Source of the DNA: an uncultured bacterium | GTDB lineage: Bacteria; Omnitrophota; Omnitrophia; Omnitrophales; Aquincolibacteriaceae | NCBI GenBank assembly: GCA_964562525.1 | Contig: CAZLTL010000002.1 | Coordinates: 82,468 to 146,467 of the forward strand | Direction: 5' to 3' | Length of the DNA stretch: 64,000 bases | In this document: piece by piece, positions 45,724 to 56,291 of the stretch | How positions within the stretch are numbered: position 1 is the first letter of the stretch | How the letters are laid out: each line of letters starts with the position of its first letter | The notes under the pieces: model-generated | Seen by the model: only the letters and a program-made list of their open reading frames with translations | What the model was told of the DNA's origin: nothing | Database searches by the model: none | Program-made: the position numbers and the translations under genes

Positions 45724-47972
45724 ACCTCAAAGTTATATTTAGATTAGTGGGAAGTTTGACCGCTGTGGTTTTGGCGGTTGCGCTTTACTTTGCTTTTTCC
45801 AGCAGTCATCAAGAAAAATTGCGTTTATTGGGAGATATTGAGAAGCGCGCGGTTTTGCTTGCTGACGGAGTCAGCGACTCGCTCAGAGGACATCTTGCCG
45901 CGGGGCGGCAAGAGCCGGCGCAAAAGATCGCCGAAAAATTTTCAAACCGTGAAAAAATTCTAGGTCTTGCGGTTCAAACGGCTGACGGACAAGCTCAAAT
46001 CTTCTCTCCGAGCGTGAAATCTTATCTGGAAAGCGCGCAGCAAAAATGGCTGGATCACCGGCTTTCCAACTCTGAACAAAACAGCTTTTCCTATTTTTCA
46101 TGGACAACGGCGCCCCCCTTGCATGTTTACTCGGCAAAGTTGGATGAGACCGTCCCGGACGGCGGACTCTATTTGACGGTGTATCAGGATGCGTCTATCG
46201 TTAAAGAGCGCGTGATGCGCATATGGGTTGTGACCTTCTTGCGTGTCGGCGCGCAGGTGCTATTGATTATTTTGGTGTGCCTTGCTGTGATTCATACCAA
46301 TATTACCGCGCCGATTCGCGACGCGGTTTATTGGCTGCGCGGTGTTCGGCTGGGAAAAGAAACCAATGACCTTAAAGCGAGTTCACGTGACCTTTTAGGG
46401 CCGCTCGCAGATGAGGTCGGACGCATCGCGCGCAGTTTGCAAAATGCGCGCATTAAAGCGGAAAAAGAAGCTCGGCTCCGAAACCAAGGCGCTGCGATTT
46501 GGACGCCGGAAAGATTAAAAGAGCTGGTCAAAGATAAGTTAGAGACGGGATCGCTTTATGTCATCGCGAATCGCGAGCCTTATATTCATGAGCATGGAAA
46601 AAAAGGCATTGAGTGTATGACTCCGGCAAGCGGGCTTGTCACCGCGATCGAACCTTTGCTTAAGGCTTGCGGAGGAACTTGGATCGCGCATGGAAGCGGA
46701 AACGCGGATAAAGAAACCGTCGGTCCTGGAGACCGTTTGCGCGTACCGCCCGAACAGCCCGAATATACCTTGCGTCGAATTTGGCTTTCGGAGGAAGAAG
46801 AGAAAGGGTATTACTACGGATTCTCGAATGAAGGGCTTTGGCCGCTTTGTCATATCGCGCATCATCGCCCGATTTTTCGGGTGGAAGACTGGAATTATTA
46901 CCAATCCGTCAACCGCAAGTTTGCGGACGCGCTTTTGGAAGAAATTCGCGATCAAAAAGACCCTGTGATTTTAGTGCAGGATTATCATTTTGCGCTGATA
47001 TCGAAGATGATCAAAGATGCCCGCCCTGATGCACGCATCGCGATTTTTTGGCATATTCCGTGGCCGAATCCCGAATCTTTCGGTATTTGTCCCTGGCGCG
47101 TGGAGATTTTAGAGGGGATGCTTGGGGCGGACATTTTGGGATTTCATACGCAATTTCATTGTAATAATTTTATGGAAACAGTGGACCGCTTTTTGGTTTC
47201 GCGCATCAATTATGAAAATTTTAGCATTTTTCAAAATAACCAAATTTCACTCGTGCGCCCCTATCCGATCAGTATTCCCGCTGATTCCGCTTCTGAGGAA
47301 GAAGATATCAATCCGCCAAGCGTGAAAGAGTTGCTGACAGAACATGGCGTTGAAGCCGAAATGATCGGTGTCGGCGTTGATCGCTTGGATTACACCAAGG
47401 GATTGGTAGAGCGTTTTCTCAGCCTCGAAACTTTTTTTCTGAAACATCCCGGATATATCGGAAAGCTGTGCTTTGTTGAGCTCGGAGCGCCGACACGCTC
47501 CGCGATTCCGAAATATGCCCAATTTATGCAGGAAGTGGAATCGGAGGTGGAACGAATTAATCAACGGTTTCAAACTAAAAATTGGAAACCGATATTGTTT
47601 TTGAAAAAAAACCACAGCCACGCGGTTATTAACCGTTTTTATAAAGCCGCGCGGTTTTGTTTTGTCAGCTCTTTGCATGACGGTATGAATTTGGTTGCCA
47701 AAGAATTTGTTGCGGCGCGGGCGGATCAACGCGGAGTTTTAATTTTGAGTCAATTTACCGGCGCCGCGCGTGAAATGGAAGACGCGCTGATTGTGAATCC
47801 GTATGATTTTGAGCAATCCGCCGGGGCGATTTTTCAGGCGCTGCAAATGCCTGGGGCCGAACAAGAGCGGCGTATGCTTTTTTTGCGGCAAGGCGTGATC
47901 GAAAATAATATTTACCGCTGGGCTGCGATTTTAATGGGTGATTTGAGCCGTTTGCGTGTTGTGTCTTCATAG
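45720..47972 (+). CDS. otsA: Alpha,alpha-trehalose-phosphate synthase (GT20) with an N-terminal two-TM periplasmic sensor-like / HAMP-like extension
   Basis: C-terminal ~470 aa carry GT20 OtsA motifs (..EPYIHEH.., ..GFSNEGLWPLCHIAHHRP.., ..ILVQDYHFALIS.., ..FWHIPWP.., ..GADILGFHT..). N-terminal ~280 aa is TM1, a ~140-aa soluble domain, TM2 and an amphipathic linker, not found in canonical OtsA. Confidence 0.8.
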   Translation: MNLKVIFRLVGSLTAVVLAVALYFAFSSSHQEKLRLLGDIEKRAVLLADGVSDSLRGHLAAGRQEPAQKIAEKFSNREKILGLAVQTADGQAQIFSPSVKSYLESAQQKWLDHRLSNSEQNSFSYFSWTTAPPLHVYSAKLDETVPDGGLYLTVYQDASIVKERVMRIWVVTFLRVGAQVLLIILVCLAVIHTNITAPIRDAVYWLRGVRLGKETNDLKASSRDLLGPLADEVGRIARSLQNARIKAEKEARLRNQGAAIWTPERLKELVKDKLETGSLYVIANREPYIHEHGKKGIECMTPASGLVTAIEPLLKACGGTWIAHGSGNADKETVGPGDRLRVPPEQPEYTLRRIWLSEEEEKGYYYGFSNEGLWPLCHIAHHRPIFRVEDWNYYQSVNRKFADALLEEIRDQKDPVILVQDYHFALISKMIKDARPDARIAIFWHIPWPNPESFGICPWRVEILEGMLGADILGFHTQFHCNNFMETVDRFLVSRINYENFSIFQNNQISLVRPYPISIPADSASEEEDINPPSVKELLTEHGVEAEMIGVGVDRLDYTKGLVERFLSLETFFLKHPGYIGKLCFVELGAPTRSAIPKYAQFMQEVESEVERINQRFQTKNWKPILFLKKNHSHAVINRFYKAARFCFVSSLHDGMNLVAKEFVAARADQRGVLILSQFTGAAREMEDALIVNPYDFEQSAGAIFQALQMPGAEQERRMLFLRQGVIENNIYRWAAILMGDLSRLRVVSS

Positions 47973-47990
47973 AGTGAAACAAGGTGTTGC

Positions 47991-49799
47991 GTGAGCGATA
48001 AATATCCGTATGGGTTGATCGGAAATTGCATGGTTTCGGCGCTTGTGTCCAAGGATGCGAGCGTGGACTGGCTTTGCATGCCTTATTTTGATTCGCCGTC
48101 GCTTTTTACGGAACTGCTCGATAAAAAGAACGGCGGATCTTTTAAAATTGAAGGCATCAATACCGTGCGCATTCATCAGGAATATGTCCGGTTTACTCCG
48201 ATTTTAAAAACCCGCGTTGAAACTCAAGACGGTGTTTTTGATATTTATGATTTTATGCCCCGCTATGAAGCGGACGGAGGACATTTCTATTGTCCCGCCG
48301 AGCTTCATCGAAGCATTCGTGTGATTTCGGGAAATCCGCGCATCCGTGTTCGTTTAAACATTCGCCCTAATTACGGAAAAAACGGCTGCCGAGTCGAGCG
48401 CTCAAAAGAGCATCTCAAATTTTTATCTGACGGCGGTGAATACCACAGTTATTATTTTTATTCCGACATTCCTTTTGAAGATGTGCTTGAGGCGCGCGAC
48501 TTTGTGATTCCCGGGTCAGCCTATTTTGTTTTGTCGTATCATCAGAAAATAAGGCCGTTCAACGCGGATTTGGCTTACGTAGAATTTGAAAGAACCAAAA
48601 GCCATTGGCTGGGCTGGTCTTACCGCTCGCATTTACCGGAAAAGTATCGTGACATGCTTATCCGTTCATTGATTACGCTGAAGCTTTTGATGTATCAAAA
48701 TACCGGCGCCGTGATTGCCGCTCCGACCACTTCGCTTCCGGAAACCGCGGGCAAAGACCGCAATTGGGATTACCGTTTCTGCTGGATCCGCGATGCGTCG
48801 ATGATTGTGGAGCTTTTTGCCCGCTTGGGCCATGTGACTTCATCCGCTAAATACATGCGTTTTATCTTGGACCGGATGCTTTTAAAAAATAACGGCGTGG
48901 CCATTATGTACGGCATTCACGGCGAGACGCAGCTGCAAGAAAAAATACTCGAGCATTTACCCGGCTACCGCGATTCAAGGCCGGTGAGAATCGGCAACGA
49001 GGCATACATTCAAACGCAGAATGACCTTTACGGTGAATTGCTCGACGCGATTTATACTTATTTTGAATCGCATGCCGACGCGAGCTTTCAATTTGACCAC
49101 GAATTGTGGACGGCGGTGCGGACGCTTGTCCGTTCTTCCAAAAAAGTTTGGAGAGAGCCCGATAACGGAATCTGGGAATATCGCGGCGCAAAACAACATC
49201 ATGTTTTTTCCAAATTGATGAATTGGGTTGCGATGGACCGCGGCGGGCGCATTGCCAAGATTATCGGTAAAAAAGATTTTGCGGAAGACTGTTTTAAAAA
49301 CGCCGAAGAAGTTCGGAAAGATATTTTAGAAAATGGCTGGAATGAAGAGTGTCAGGCTTTCACGATGTATTATGGTTCCCGTCACGCTGACGCGGCGGTG
49401 CTTTTGATGCTGCATTACGGATTTTTACCCAAGAATGACCCGCGCATGGTGAAGACGGTTGATTTTTGTTACAGAGAGCTGGTGCGTGACGGCTTGTCGA
49501 TGCGCTACACGGCCGAAGATGATTTTGGAACGCCTGAAAGCACCTTTTTGATTTGTACCTTTTGGATGGTTAACGCATTGCATATGGTCGGCCGCAGCAA
49601 GGAAGCGCAAGAGATGTTTGCCCGCGCCGTCGGCTCGGCGAACCATCTGGGCTTGATGGCCGAAGGCGTGGAGCCCAAGACAGGCGCGCAAACCGGCAAT
49701 TTCCCTCAAGGCTATTCGCATATGGCATTCATTCAAACCGTGCTTTTTCTCGAAACGGATTATGACTGGGGGCCGCATATCCGGCCCTTGCAAAACTGA
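47991..49799 (+). CDS. Glycoside hydrolase family 15 protein (glucoamylase/trehalase-like)
   Basis: N-terminal beta-sandwich (..YGLIGNCMVSALVSKDASVDWLCMPYFDSPSLF..) and a C-terminal (alpha/alpha)6 barrel with ..WDYRFCWIRDAS.., characteristic of bacterial GH15; sits between otsA and otsB. Confidence 0.75.
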   Translation: MSDKYPYGLIGNCMVSALVSKDASVDWLCMPYFDSPSLFTELLDKKNGGSFKIEGINTVRIHQEYVRFTPILKTRVETQDGVFDIYDFMPRYEADGGHFYCPAELHRSIRVISGNPRIRVRLNIRPNYGKNGCRVERSKEHLKFLSDGGEYHSYYFYSDIPFEDVLEARDFVIPGSAYFVLSYHQKIRPFNADLAYVEFERTKSHWLGWSYRSHLPEKYRDMLIRSLITLKLLMYQNTGAVIAAPTTSLPETAGKDRNWDYRFCWIRDASMIVELFARLGHVTSSAKYMRFILDRMLLKNNGVAIMYGIHGETQLQEKILEHLPGYRDSRPVRIGNEAYIQTQNDLYGELLDAIYTYFESHADASFQFDHELWTAVRTLVRSSKKVWREPDNGIWEYRGAKQHHVFSKLMNWVAMDRGGRIAKIIGKKDFAEDCFKNAEEVRKDILENGWNEECQAFTMYYGSRHADAAVLLMLHYGFLPKNDPRMVKTVDFCYRELVRDGLSMRYTAEDDFGTPESTFLICTFWMVNALHMVGRSKEAQEMFARAVGSANHLGLMAEGVEPKTGAQTGNFPQGYSHMAFIQTVLFLETDYDWGPHIRPLQN

Positions 49800-49809
49800 T
49801 TGGCTGTTC

Positions 49810-50598
49810 ATGGCAGAGCATTTTTCGAAGGCCTTGTCTGAAATTTTAAATTTACCGGTAAGCCAAAAGCTTGTTTTCTGCCTCGATTTTGACGGTACTT
49901 TGGCGCCGATTCGGCGTAAACCCAGCCATGTGAAAGCGTCCGCGGCGCTCTTAAAGTTTTTAAAGCAAGCCGCCGCGCTTCCTTCCTGCAAAGTCGCGAT
50001 TGTCAGCGGCAGACAGCTTAAAGACCTTAAGCGCAAGCTTCGCGTTCCGGGAATTATTTTGGCCGGCAGCCATGGTTTGGAATGGAATATTCGCGCTGAT
50101 CGGGACTTGTCGCGTTTTAAGAAATTAAAAAAACTTCAAAGCCAATGGGACAAGGTTTTGCGGCGCATGAAGGGGGTTTCAATCGAGAACAAGCCGTTTT
50201 CTTTTGTGGTGCATTACCGGCGCGCTTCGCGTAAACAGCAAGAACAAGTGAGCGCTTTTTTCTTGAAGCAGCACGATGATTTGGCCAGGAAAGGTTTTGA
50301 ATGGACCCTGGCGCACAAGGCTTTTGAGATTTTTGAGTCTCAGCGTGGACGCAAGGAGCATGTCAGCCGCGATTTGATGGAGCGCTTTCAGGGGGCGTGC
50401 ATGATCGCGGCGGGGGATGATGTTACTGATTTTGAAATGCTGCGCCACGGAACACGGTTTGGGTGGGCCGCGACGGTGGGCTTTAAGCTGAGAGGCATCC
50501 AATATTTTGCCAAGGGGCCGGGTGATTTTGTGCGTTGTCTCAATCGGATTCTTGCGCCCAGGCTTCGCGCCGCGCGTGACGCGCAAAAAAAAAGCTGA
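49810..50598 (+). CDS. otsB: Trehalose-6-phosphate phosphatase (HAD family)
   Basis: HAD motif I ..FCLDFDGTLAP..; motif II ..IVSGR..; motif IV ..AAGDDVTD..; ATG 49810 (the track ORF starts at 49762). Confidence 0.7.
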   Translation: MAEHFSKALSEILNLPVSQKLVFCLDFDGTLAPIRRKPSHVKASAALLKFLKQAAALPSCKVAIVSGRQLKDLKRKLRVPGIILAGSHGLEWNIRADRDLSRFKKLKKLQSQWDKVLRRMKGVSIENKPFSFVVHYRRASRKQQEQVSAFFLKQHDDLARKGFEWTLAHKAFEIFESQRGRKEHVSRDLMERFQGACMIAAGDDVTDFEMLRHGTRFGWAATVGFKLRGIQYFAKGPGDFVRCLNRILAPRLRAARDAQKKS

Positions 50599-50654
50599 AA
50601 TTTTTTTAAAATAGTGTTTTTGGCGCCCCGAAAACGCTCGCCAGAATAGGCTTT

Positions 50655-51821
50655 TTGGGTATAATGTGCGCCATGTCACAGCTAGAAACCAACGAAAAAG
50701 CGGAATTTGCGAAAGGCCTTGAAGGTATTGTTGCCGGAGAGACGGCGCTTTCGCTTGTTGACGGCAAGAATAGCAAACTCTACTACCGCGGCATTTCAGT
50801 CGAAGAATTTGTCGGGCACTCCTGTTTTGAAGAAGTTGTTTATCTGCTTTGGAATTTACGCTTCCCGAAAAAATCCGAACTCGAAGAATTCAAAAAAGGG
50901 TTAGCTGAAAATCGTTTTATTTCTCAGGCTTTTATTGATTGGCTTGCTTTGCTTCCTAAAACCGCGCATCCGATGTCGGTTTTACGCACGGCCGTTTCCG
51001 AAATGGGCTGCTTTGATAAAGATGCCGACAAGATGGACGCTGTTTCTTTAAAGCGCATGGCGCATGATCTCACCGCCAAAATTCCGACGATTCTTGCCGC
51101 GTATCATCGCGTGCGCGAAGGCAAAAAGCCGATTCTTCCGGATGTGTCGCTTTCGCACGCCGCGAATTTCCTTTATATGCTGAACGGCGAAAAGCCTTCG
51201 CCTGAAATGGAAAAGGCCCTCGACACTTATTTGATTCTGCTCGCGGACCATGGTTTTAACGCGTCTACTTTTTCGGCGCGTGTTACGGTCGCGACACTTT
51301 CGGATATGTACTCCGGAGTCACCGCCGCGATCGGCGCCTTGAAAGGCGACTTGCATGGCTCCGCGGTTCAAAATGTGATGCAGATGTTTCTTGAAATCGG
51401 CGAACCGGAAAAGGCCGCGCAATATGTGAATGATGCGTTTGCCGCTAAGAAAAAAATTATGGGTTTTGGACACCGCATTTACAAAGAAGTGGATCCGCGA
51501 GCGACCGCTTTTCGCGGCGTTGCGGAAGCTTTGGCAACAAGCCAAGGCGGCGAAAAGAAATGGGTTCAGATGGCGGCCAATATTGAAAAAGCCGTGCACG
51601 CGCATAAAAAGATTCCCTGCAATGTGGATTTCTTTTCATCGTATGTGCTTTATACCGTGGGTTTTCCGGTAGATTTTTTTACGACGATTTTTGCCGCAAG
51701 CCGGGTTTCCGGCTGGACGGCGCATGTGATCGAGCAGTTGGGTAATAATCGTTTGATTCGCCCTGAGGCGATATATACCGGCCCAATGAACGAGCACTAC
51801 ATTCCAATCGACGCTCGTTGA
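50655..51821 (+). CDS. gltA: Citrate synthase
   Basis: ..GFGHRIYKEVDPRA.. citrate-synthase signature; ..HGSAVQNVM..; catalytic His and Asp pattern. The start could be the third Met (50673). Confidence 0.85.
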   Translation: MGIMCAMSQLETNEKAEFAKGLEGIVAGETALSLVDGKNSKLYYRGISVEEFVGHSCFEEVVYLLWNLRFPKKSELEEFKKGLAENRFISQAFIDWLALLPKTAHPMSVLRTAVSEMGCFDKDADKMDAVSLKRMAHDLTAKIPTILAAYHRVREGKKPILPDVSLSHAANFLYMLNGEKPSPEMEKALDTYLILLADHGFNASTFSARVTVATLSDMYSGVTAAIGALKGDLHGSAVQNVMQMFLEIGEPEKAAQYVNDAFAAKKKIMGFGHRIYKEVDPRATAFRGVAEALATSQGGEKKWVQMAANIEKAVHAHKKIPCNVDFFSSYVLYTVGFPVDFFTTIFAASRVSGWTAHVIEQLGNNRLIRPEAIYTGPMNEHYIPIDAR

Positions 51822-51825
51822 AAAA

Positions 51826-51935
51826 GTCTGTCTGCGGCATTCCAAACTCGCTTCCTTGTGCGGCGTAGGTTTCTACTACGCCTCCGCGGGCGCTCGTTTG
51901 AGCTTTGCATCCAGAGCTTTTTGAACGAGCAAAAA
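51826..51935. repeat. Repeat family B, copy B2 (3' of gltA)
   Basis: ..GTCTGCGGCATTCCAAACTCGCTTCCTTGTGCGGCGTAGGTTTCTACTACGCCTCCGCGG...CTTTTTGAACGAGC.. Confidence 0.7.
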
Positions 51936-51979
51936 GTAGCGTTTAACAAACATAGAATTATGATAAGAAAGTTTGTGCG

Positions 51980-53179
51980 ATGAACATTCATGAATATCAG
52001 GCTAAGGAAATTTTCAAAAAGTACGGCATTCCCGTTGCTTCCACCGGGCGTTTAGCCAAAACACCTGACGAAGCTTATGCCGCGGCGAAGTCGATTTTGA
52101 CTCCGGGAGAAATCATTGCCGCTAAAGCACAGGTGCATGCCGGCGGACGCGGAAAAGGCGGCGGAATCAAGATCGCCAAAACCCCCGAAGATGTCAAAGC
52201 GTTTGCCGAAAAAATGCTCGGTAAAAGTTTGGTGACACCGCAAACCGGTCCCGAAGGCAAGCCGATTCACTCGATTTGGATGGAATCCTCGCTGGGCCTT
52301 AAGAAAGAATTTTATGTCGGCATTGTTCTTGATCGCGGAACTTGCCAGGGATGTTTGATTGCGTCTTCCGCGGGCGGAATGGATATCGAAGAAGTCGCGG
52401 CGCATCATCCTGAAAAAATGGTTCGCCAACTTTTCTCGGTGCAAACCGGACTTATCAAATCGGACGCGGTTCAGGTTGCCTCAAAATTAATCGAAGACAA
52501 GAAATATCAAGATCAGCTTGCTGATGTATTTGTCGCGCTTTCCAAGATTTTTATCGACTTGGATGTGTCGCTGATTGAAATCAATCCGCTCGCGATTATG
52601 GACGACGGCAAATTGCTCGCGATTGACGCGAAAATTAATTTCGACGACAACGCGCTTTTCCGCCACCCGGAAATTGCCGCGATGTATGACCCTTCGCAGG
52701 ATGACAGCCGCGAAGTGGAAGCTAAAAAATTTGATCTTAGCTATGTTGGGCTTGATGGTGAAATCGGCTGCGTTGTGAACGGCGCGGGTCTCGCGATGGC
52801 GACCATGGATATCATTAAGTACGAAGGTGCGGAACCGGCTAACTTTTTGGATGTCGGCGGCGGTGCGAGTCAAGAAAAAGTCGCGGCGGCATTTAATATT
52901 CTTTTGAGCGATAAGCGTGTGAAAGCGATTTTGATCAATATTTTCGGCGGCATTATGCGCTGTGATGTTCTCGCAAAAGGGATTTTGCAGGCGGTTGAAT
53001 CTTTGTCGCCCGAGCGTCGCGCACAGCTTGACCGCACACCGATCGTGGTGCGGCTTGAAGGCACAAACGCCAAAGAAGGTCGCGAAATTTTAGCGAATTC
53101 AAATATTAAAATTTTCTCGGTAACGGATTTCAAAGAAGCCGCCAAGAAAGTTGTCGCCGAATTGAAGAAGGTTAAATAA
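51980..53179 (+). CDS. sucC: Succinyl-CoA synthetase beta subunit
   Basis: [19 protein letters not shown].. ATP-grasp N-terminus; ..[15 protein letters not shown]..; CoA-ligase C-terminal domain. Confidence 0.9.
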   Translation: MNIHEYQAKEIFKKYGIPVASTGRLAKTPDEAYAAAKSILTPGEIIAAKAQVHAGGRGKGGGIKIAKTPEDVKAFAEKMLGKSLVTPQTGPEGKPIHSIWMESSLGLKKEFYVGIVLDRGTCQGCLIASSAGGMDIEEVAAHHPEKMVRQLFSVQTGLIKSDAVQVASKLIEDKKYQDQLADVFVALSKIFIDLDVSLIEINPLAIMDDGKLLAIDAKINFDDNALFRHPEIAAMYDPSQDDSREVEAKKFDLSYVGLDGEIGCVVNGAGLAMATMDIIKYEGAEPANFLDVGGGASQEKVAAAFNILLSDKRVKAILINIFGGIMRCDVLAKGILQAVESLSPERRAQLDRTPIVVRLEGTNAKEGREILANSNIKIFSVTDFKEAAKKVVAELKKVK

Positions 53180-53181
53180 GT

Positions 53182-54060
53182 ATGAGTATCCTCGTAAATA
53201 AAAATACAAAAGTTTTGGTTCAGGGTATTACCGGTACGCATGGCGCATTTCACGCTGAAAAAATGGTTGAGTACGGAACAAAGATTGTCGGCGGTGTGAC
53301 CCCCGGCAAAGGCGGACAAAAAGCCGTTTGCAATGTTCCGGTTTTTAATTCCGTTAAAGAAGCCCGCGAACAAACCGGCGCCAACGCGTCGATTATTTAT
53401 GTGCCTGCGAAATTCGCAATTGCCGCGGTTCAGGAAGCGGTTGATGCCGGCATTGAACTTGTTGTTTGTATCACTGAAGGTATTCCCGCTCTCGATATGG
53501 CGAAAATTAAGCCGACTCTCGCTGGTAAGAAAACTCGTTTGATCGGGCCTAATTGCCCGGGACTTATTACGCCCGAAGAATGTAAGCTCGGCATTATGCC
53601 CGGGTACATTCATAAAAAAGGCCCTGTCGGTGTGGTTTCGCGCAGCGGAACTTTGACTTATGAAGCGGTTTGGCAGTTGACGGAATTGGGTATCGGCCAA
53701 TCGACTTGCGTTGGTATCGGCGGCGACCCGATTATCGGAACGAATTTCGTGGATGTACTCGATCTTTTCAACAAAGATCCTGAAACCGAAGCCATTGTCA
53801 TGATCGGTGAAATTGGCGGCAGCGCGGAAGAAGAAGCCGCGGAGTTTATCAAGAAGTACGTTAAGAAACCGGTCGTCAGCTTTATTGCGGGTGCGACGGC
53901 TCCGAAGGGAAAACGCATGGGCCATGCCGGCGCGATTATTTCCGGCGGTTCCGGCAAAGCGGAAGATAAAGTTGCTTGCCTCAAGGCGGCAGGGGTTTTT
54001 GTGGCTCCGTCACCGGCATTGTTGGGCGTCACAGTTCGCGACGCTCTAAAAAGAGCATGA
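53182..54060 (+). CDS. sucD: Succinyl-CoA synthetase alpha subunit
   Basis: ..[14 protein letters not shown].., ..[10 protein letters not shown].., phosphohistidine loop ..SRSGTLTYE.. / ..[10 protein letters not shown].. Confidence 0.9.
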   Translation: MSILVNKNTKVLVQGITGTHGAFHAEKMVEYGTKIVGGVTPGKGGQKAVCNVPVFNSVKEAREQTGANASIIYVPAKFAIAAVQEAVDAGIELVVCITEGIPALDMAKIKPTLAGKKTRLIGPNCPGLITPEECKLGIMPGYIHKKGPVGVVSRSGTLTYEAVWQLTELGIGQSTCVGIGGDPIIGTNFVDVLDLFNKDPETEAIVMIGEIGGSAEEEAAEFIKKYVKKPVVSFIAGATAPKGKRMGHAGAIISGGSGKAEDKVACLKAAGVFVAPSPALLGVTVRDALKRA

Positions 54061-55412
54061 GCGAAAACCTCGATCACGCCTACGACGAGTACCTTAAATC
54101 TAAATCTGATCAGGCAATGCAGTCCATTGCCGCGTTTCAGAAAAAAATTGCCGCTTCCGATTTAAAGTACGGAAAAAATTCCATTCCGACTTTTTTCAAA
54201 CCTATTTTTCTCGCACCGCGCCAAACACATCTCGTGAAGCGCGTTACGTCCACCCTGCAGCAAGTCGTGAACACCGCAATCCGTATTTACTTTGAAGACA
54301 ATCGCTTCGCGCGCTATTTTCGTCTTACGCCTGAAATCGAAAATCTTGTGAAAATTGATCCCGGTTATTCGTCGGCGGTGGTATTTGCGCGCTTTGACGG
54401 TATTTTGGAGGGCGGACGGCTTAAGTTCGCTGAGTTTAACTGTGATTCGCCTGTAGGCGCGGCGTATTCCACTTTGCTATCCGATCAATTGCTTTCCGAC
54501 CCGCTCTTTAAAGCTTTTGCCGACGAACACGCGGTGGAGCCTTTCCGGCCCGCGGATGATATTTTAAATGCTTTGTTATCTGTGTATGAAGAGTTTGGCG
54601 GATTCGAAACACCGACTATCGCCATCATGGACTGGAAAAATGTTCGTACGCGCCCCGAGTTTGTGCTTTTACAAAAACGTTTTGAAGAGCGCGGCTACCG
54701 CACGCTGATTGTGGACCCGCGCGAGCTGACTTTTAAAGGCGGCAAGCTTTACTCGAAAGAAACCCGCGTCCATTTAATTTACCGCCGCGCTCTTGTCGAG
54801 GAGCTCGCGATTCAAAATGATGAAATTCAGGATTTTTTAAATGCTTACCGCGAGCGCGCCGTTTGCGTTGTGAACCCTTTGCGTTCCGCGATTGGCAGTC
54901 ACAAAGGCATGCTTTCGATTTTGACGCACCCTTATTTCGATTCTTTTTTCACGCAATCTGAAAACCAAATCAAGCATGAGCATTTGCCGTGGACGCGCCA
55001 GGTCGCGGACGCGGAAGATTTTTTCGGCCATCAAAAAATGTATTTAGTCGATTTTCTCAAAGATGAAAAAGATTCTCTGGTGGTGAAGCCCAGCCGCAAA
55101 GAGCCGCACCGCGAAATTCGCGTCGGCGCCGATACGTTTGACGATATTTGGAATGAAACCATTTCTTGGGCGATGAATGAAAATGCCGTCATGCAGGAAT
55201 TTGTTTCAGTGCCCACAACAACGGTCCCCAAAGTTTCCGACGGTAAAATTGACTGGGATTATAAAAAATATAATTTCAGCGCCCTCGCGGTAGCCGGAAA
55301 AATGTGCGGCGCATTCAGCCGTCTGAGCGATACGAATGTGATAAGAGTTGCTGACCAGGGCGGACTAATACCCGCATTCTGGTCGGACCAAACCGCCGAC
55401 GCCTTTCAGTAA
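54057..55412 (+). CDS. ATP-grasp superfamily protein (glutathionylspermidine-synthase-like / circularly permuted ATP-grasp type)
   Basis: ..[16 protein letters not shown].. resembles the E(Y/F)N(A/C)D(T/S)P motif of GspS-like and circularly permuted ATP-grasp proteins; its start ATGA overlaps the sucD stop. The track ORF begins at 53976 in another phase of sucD. Confidence 0.4.
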   Translation: MSENLDHAYDEYLKSKSDQAMQSIAAFQKKIAASDLKYGKNSIPTFFKPIFLAPRQTHLVKRVTSTLQQVVNTAIRIYFEDNRFARYFRLTPEIENLVKIDPGYSSAVVFARFDGILEGGRLKFAEFNCDSPVGAAYSTLLSDQLLSDPLFKAFADEHAVEPFRPADDILNALLSVYEEFGGFETPTIAIMDWKNVRTRPEFVLLQKRFEERGYRTLIVDPRELTFKGGKLYSKETRVHLIYRRALVEELAIQNDEIQDFLNAYRERAVCVVNPLRSAIGSHKGMLSILTHPYFDSFFTQSENQIKHEHLPWTRQVADAEDFFGHQKMYLVDFLKDEKDSLVVKPSRKEPHREIRVGADTFDDIWNETISWAMNENAVMQEFVSVPTTTVPKVSDGKIDWDYKKYNFSALAVAGKMCGAFSRLSDTNVIRVADQGGLIPAFWSDQTADAFQ

Positions 55413-55427
55413 CTCGGCGATTGAAAA

Positions 55428-55550
55428 CAGCTCGTCTGCTTCGTTGCAAACTCGCAACTTTCGGTCAATGTGCGTTTTCAGCACACCTCCCTCACTTGCT
55501 CGTTTACGCCTAGCATCCAAGCTGTTTTGAATCACCTTTCATCTTAGGTG
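55428..55550. repeat. Repeat family B, diverged copy B4 (3' of the ATP-grasp gene)
   Basis: ..TTGAAAACAGCTCGTCTGC...CGCCTAGCATCCAAGCTGTTTTGAA.. has TIRs and the shared CGTCTGC and GCCTAGCATCC blocks, but the centre differs. Confidence 0.55.
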
Positions 55551-55654
55551 GGCTCATTTTGAATTACTGAACCAAACGTCTCGCATCTAAAGCCTTCTCC
55601 TTAGATTTTTAATATTGCGGTTCCTTTATTCATAATGGAATCCCGCTGGCGCTT

Positions 55655-55815
55655 TGTTTTTTATTAATTTCAGCATTCAAAGTCCGCCGCGAGTTCTGCG
55701 CCGATAGGACGCAGCTGTTTGAGCGCCGGACTTGAATGCGGAGCCTGCGCCGGCTCCGGAGGCGCAAGCCTGTCCGGCGATGAGGACACAAAGCCCATCG
55801 GCGTTTGAGATAAAG
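55655..55815. repeat. Repeat family C, copy C2
   Basis: ..GTCCGCCGCGAGTTCTGCGCCGATAGGACGCAGCTGTTTGAGCGCCGGACTTGAATGCGGAGCCTGCGCCGGCTCCGGAGGCGCAAGCC...GAGATAA.. Confidence 0.7.
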
Positions 55816-55859
55816 AGGGTGAAGGGAAACTTCCCTTAAAACACAACCGAAGGTATAAT

Positions 55860-56279
55860 TTGCGCATGTCCAAATCCTTCACGCTTGAGCAAGTCAATCA
55901 AATGCTGCCCGATATTGCGCGTCGCTTCGCGCTGATTGCCGAAAAACGTTCCGTTTATCTCCGTGTGCATGACGCGATTTTTGTGCAGGAGCTCGCCAAT
56001 AACGCTGAGAAGCAGTCCGGCGCCGATCTTTTTGCGGGCGACCTTGAAAAAGATATTCAAAGCCTCGAAGAAACGATTTTTGACCTTTCCAAAGAAATCG
56101 ACGAACTGATCAGCTTGGGCTGTATTTTGCGCAGCATGGATCAGGGGTTGATTGATTTTCCGGGTGAGCTGCGCGGTGAGCGTGTTTATTTCGCTTGGAA
56201 AACAGGCGAAAAGCAAATCGCTTTTTACCGCAAGCGCAGTGCTGTGGGCGCTTCTGCAGAACGTATTTCTCTCGGCTGA
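55860..56279 (+). CDS. Hypothetical conserved protein (DUF2203-like)
   Basis: ..LIDFPGELRGERVYFAWKTGEKQIAFYRKR.. C-terminal pattern; 139 aa; flanked by repeat elements on both sides. Confidence 0.4.
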   Translation: MRMSKSFTLEQVNQMLPDIARRFALIAEKRSVYLRVHDAIFVQELANNAEKQSGADLFAGDLEKDIQSLEETIFDLSKEIDELISLGCILRSMDQGLIDFPGELRGERVYFAWKTGEKQIAFYRKRSAVGASAERISLG

Positions 56280-56291
56280 TTTCTTACTTCT

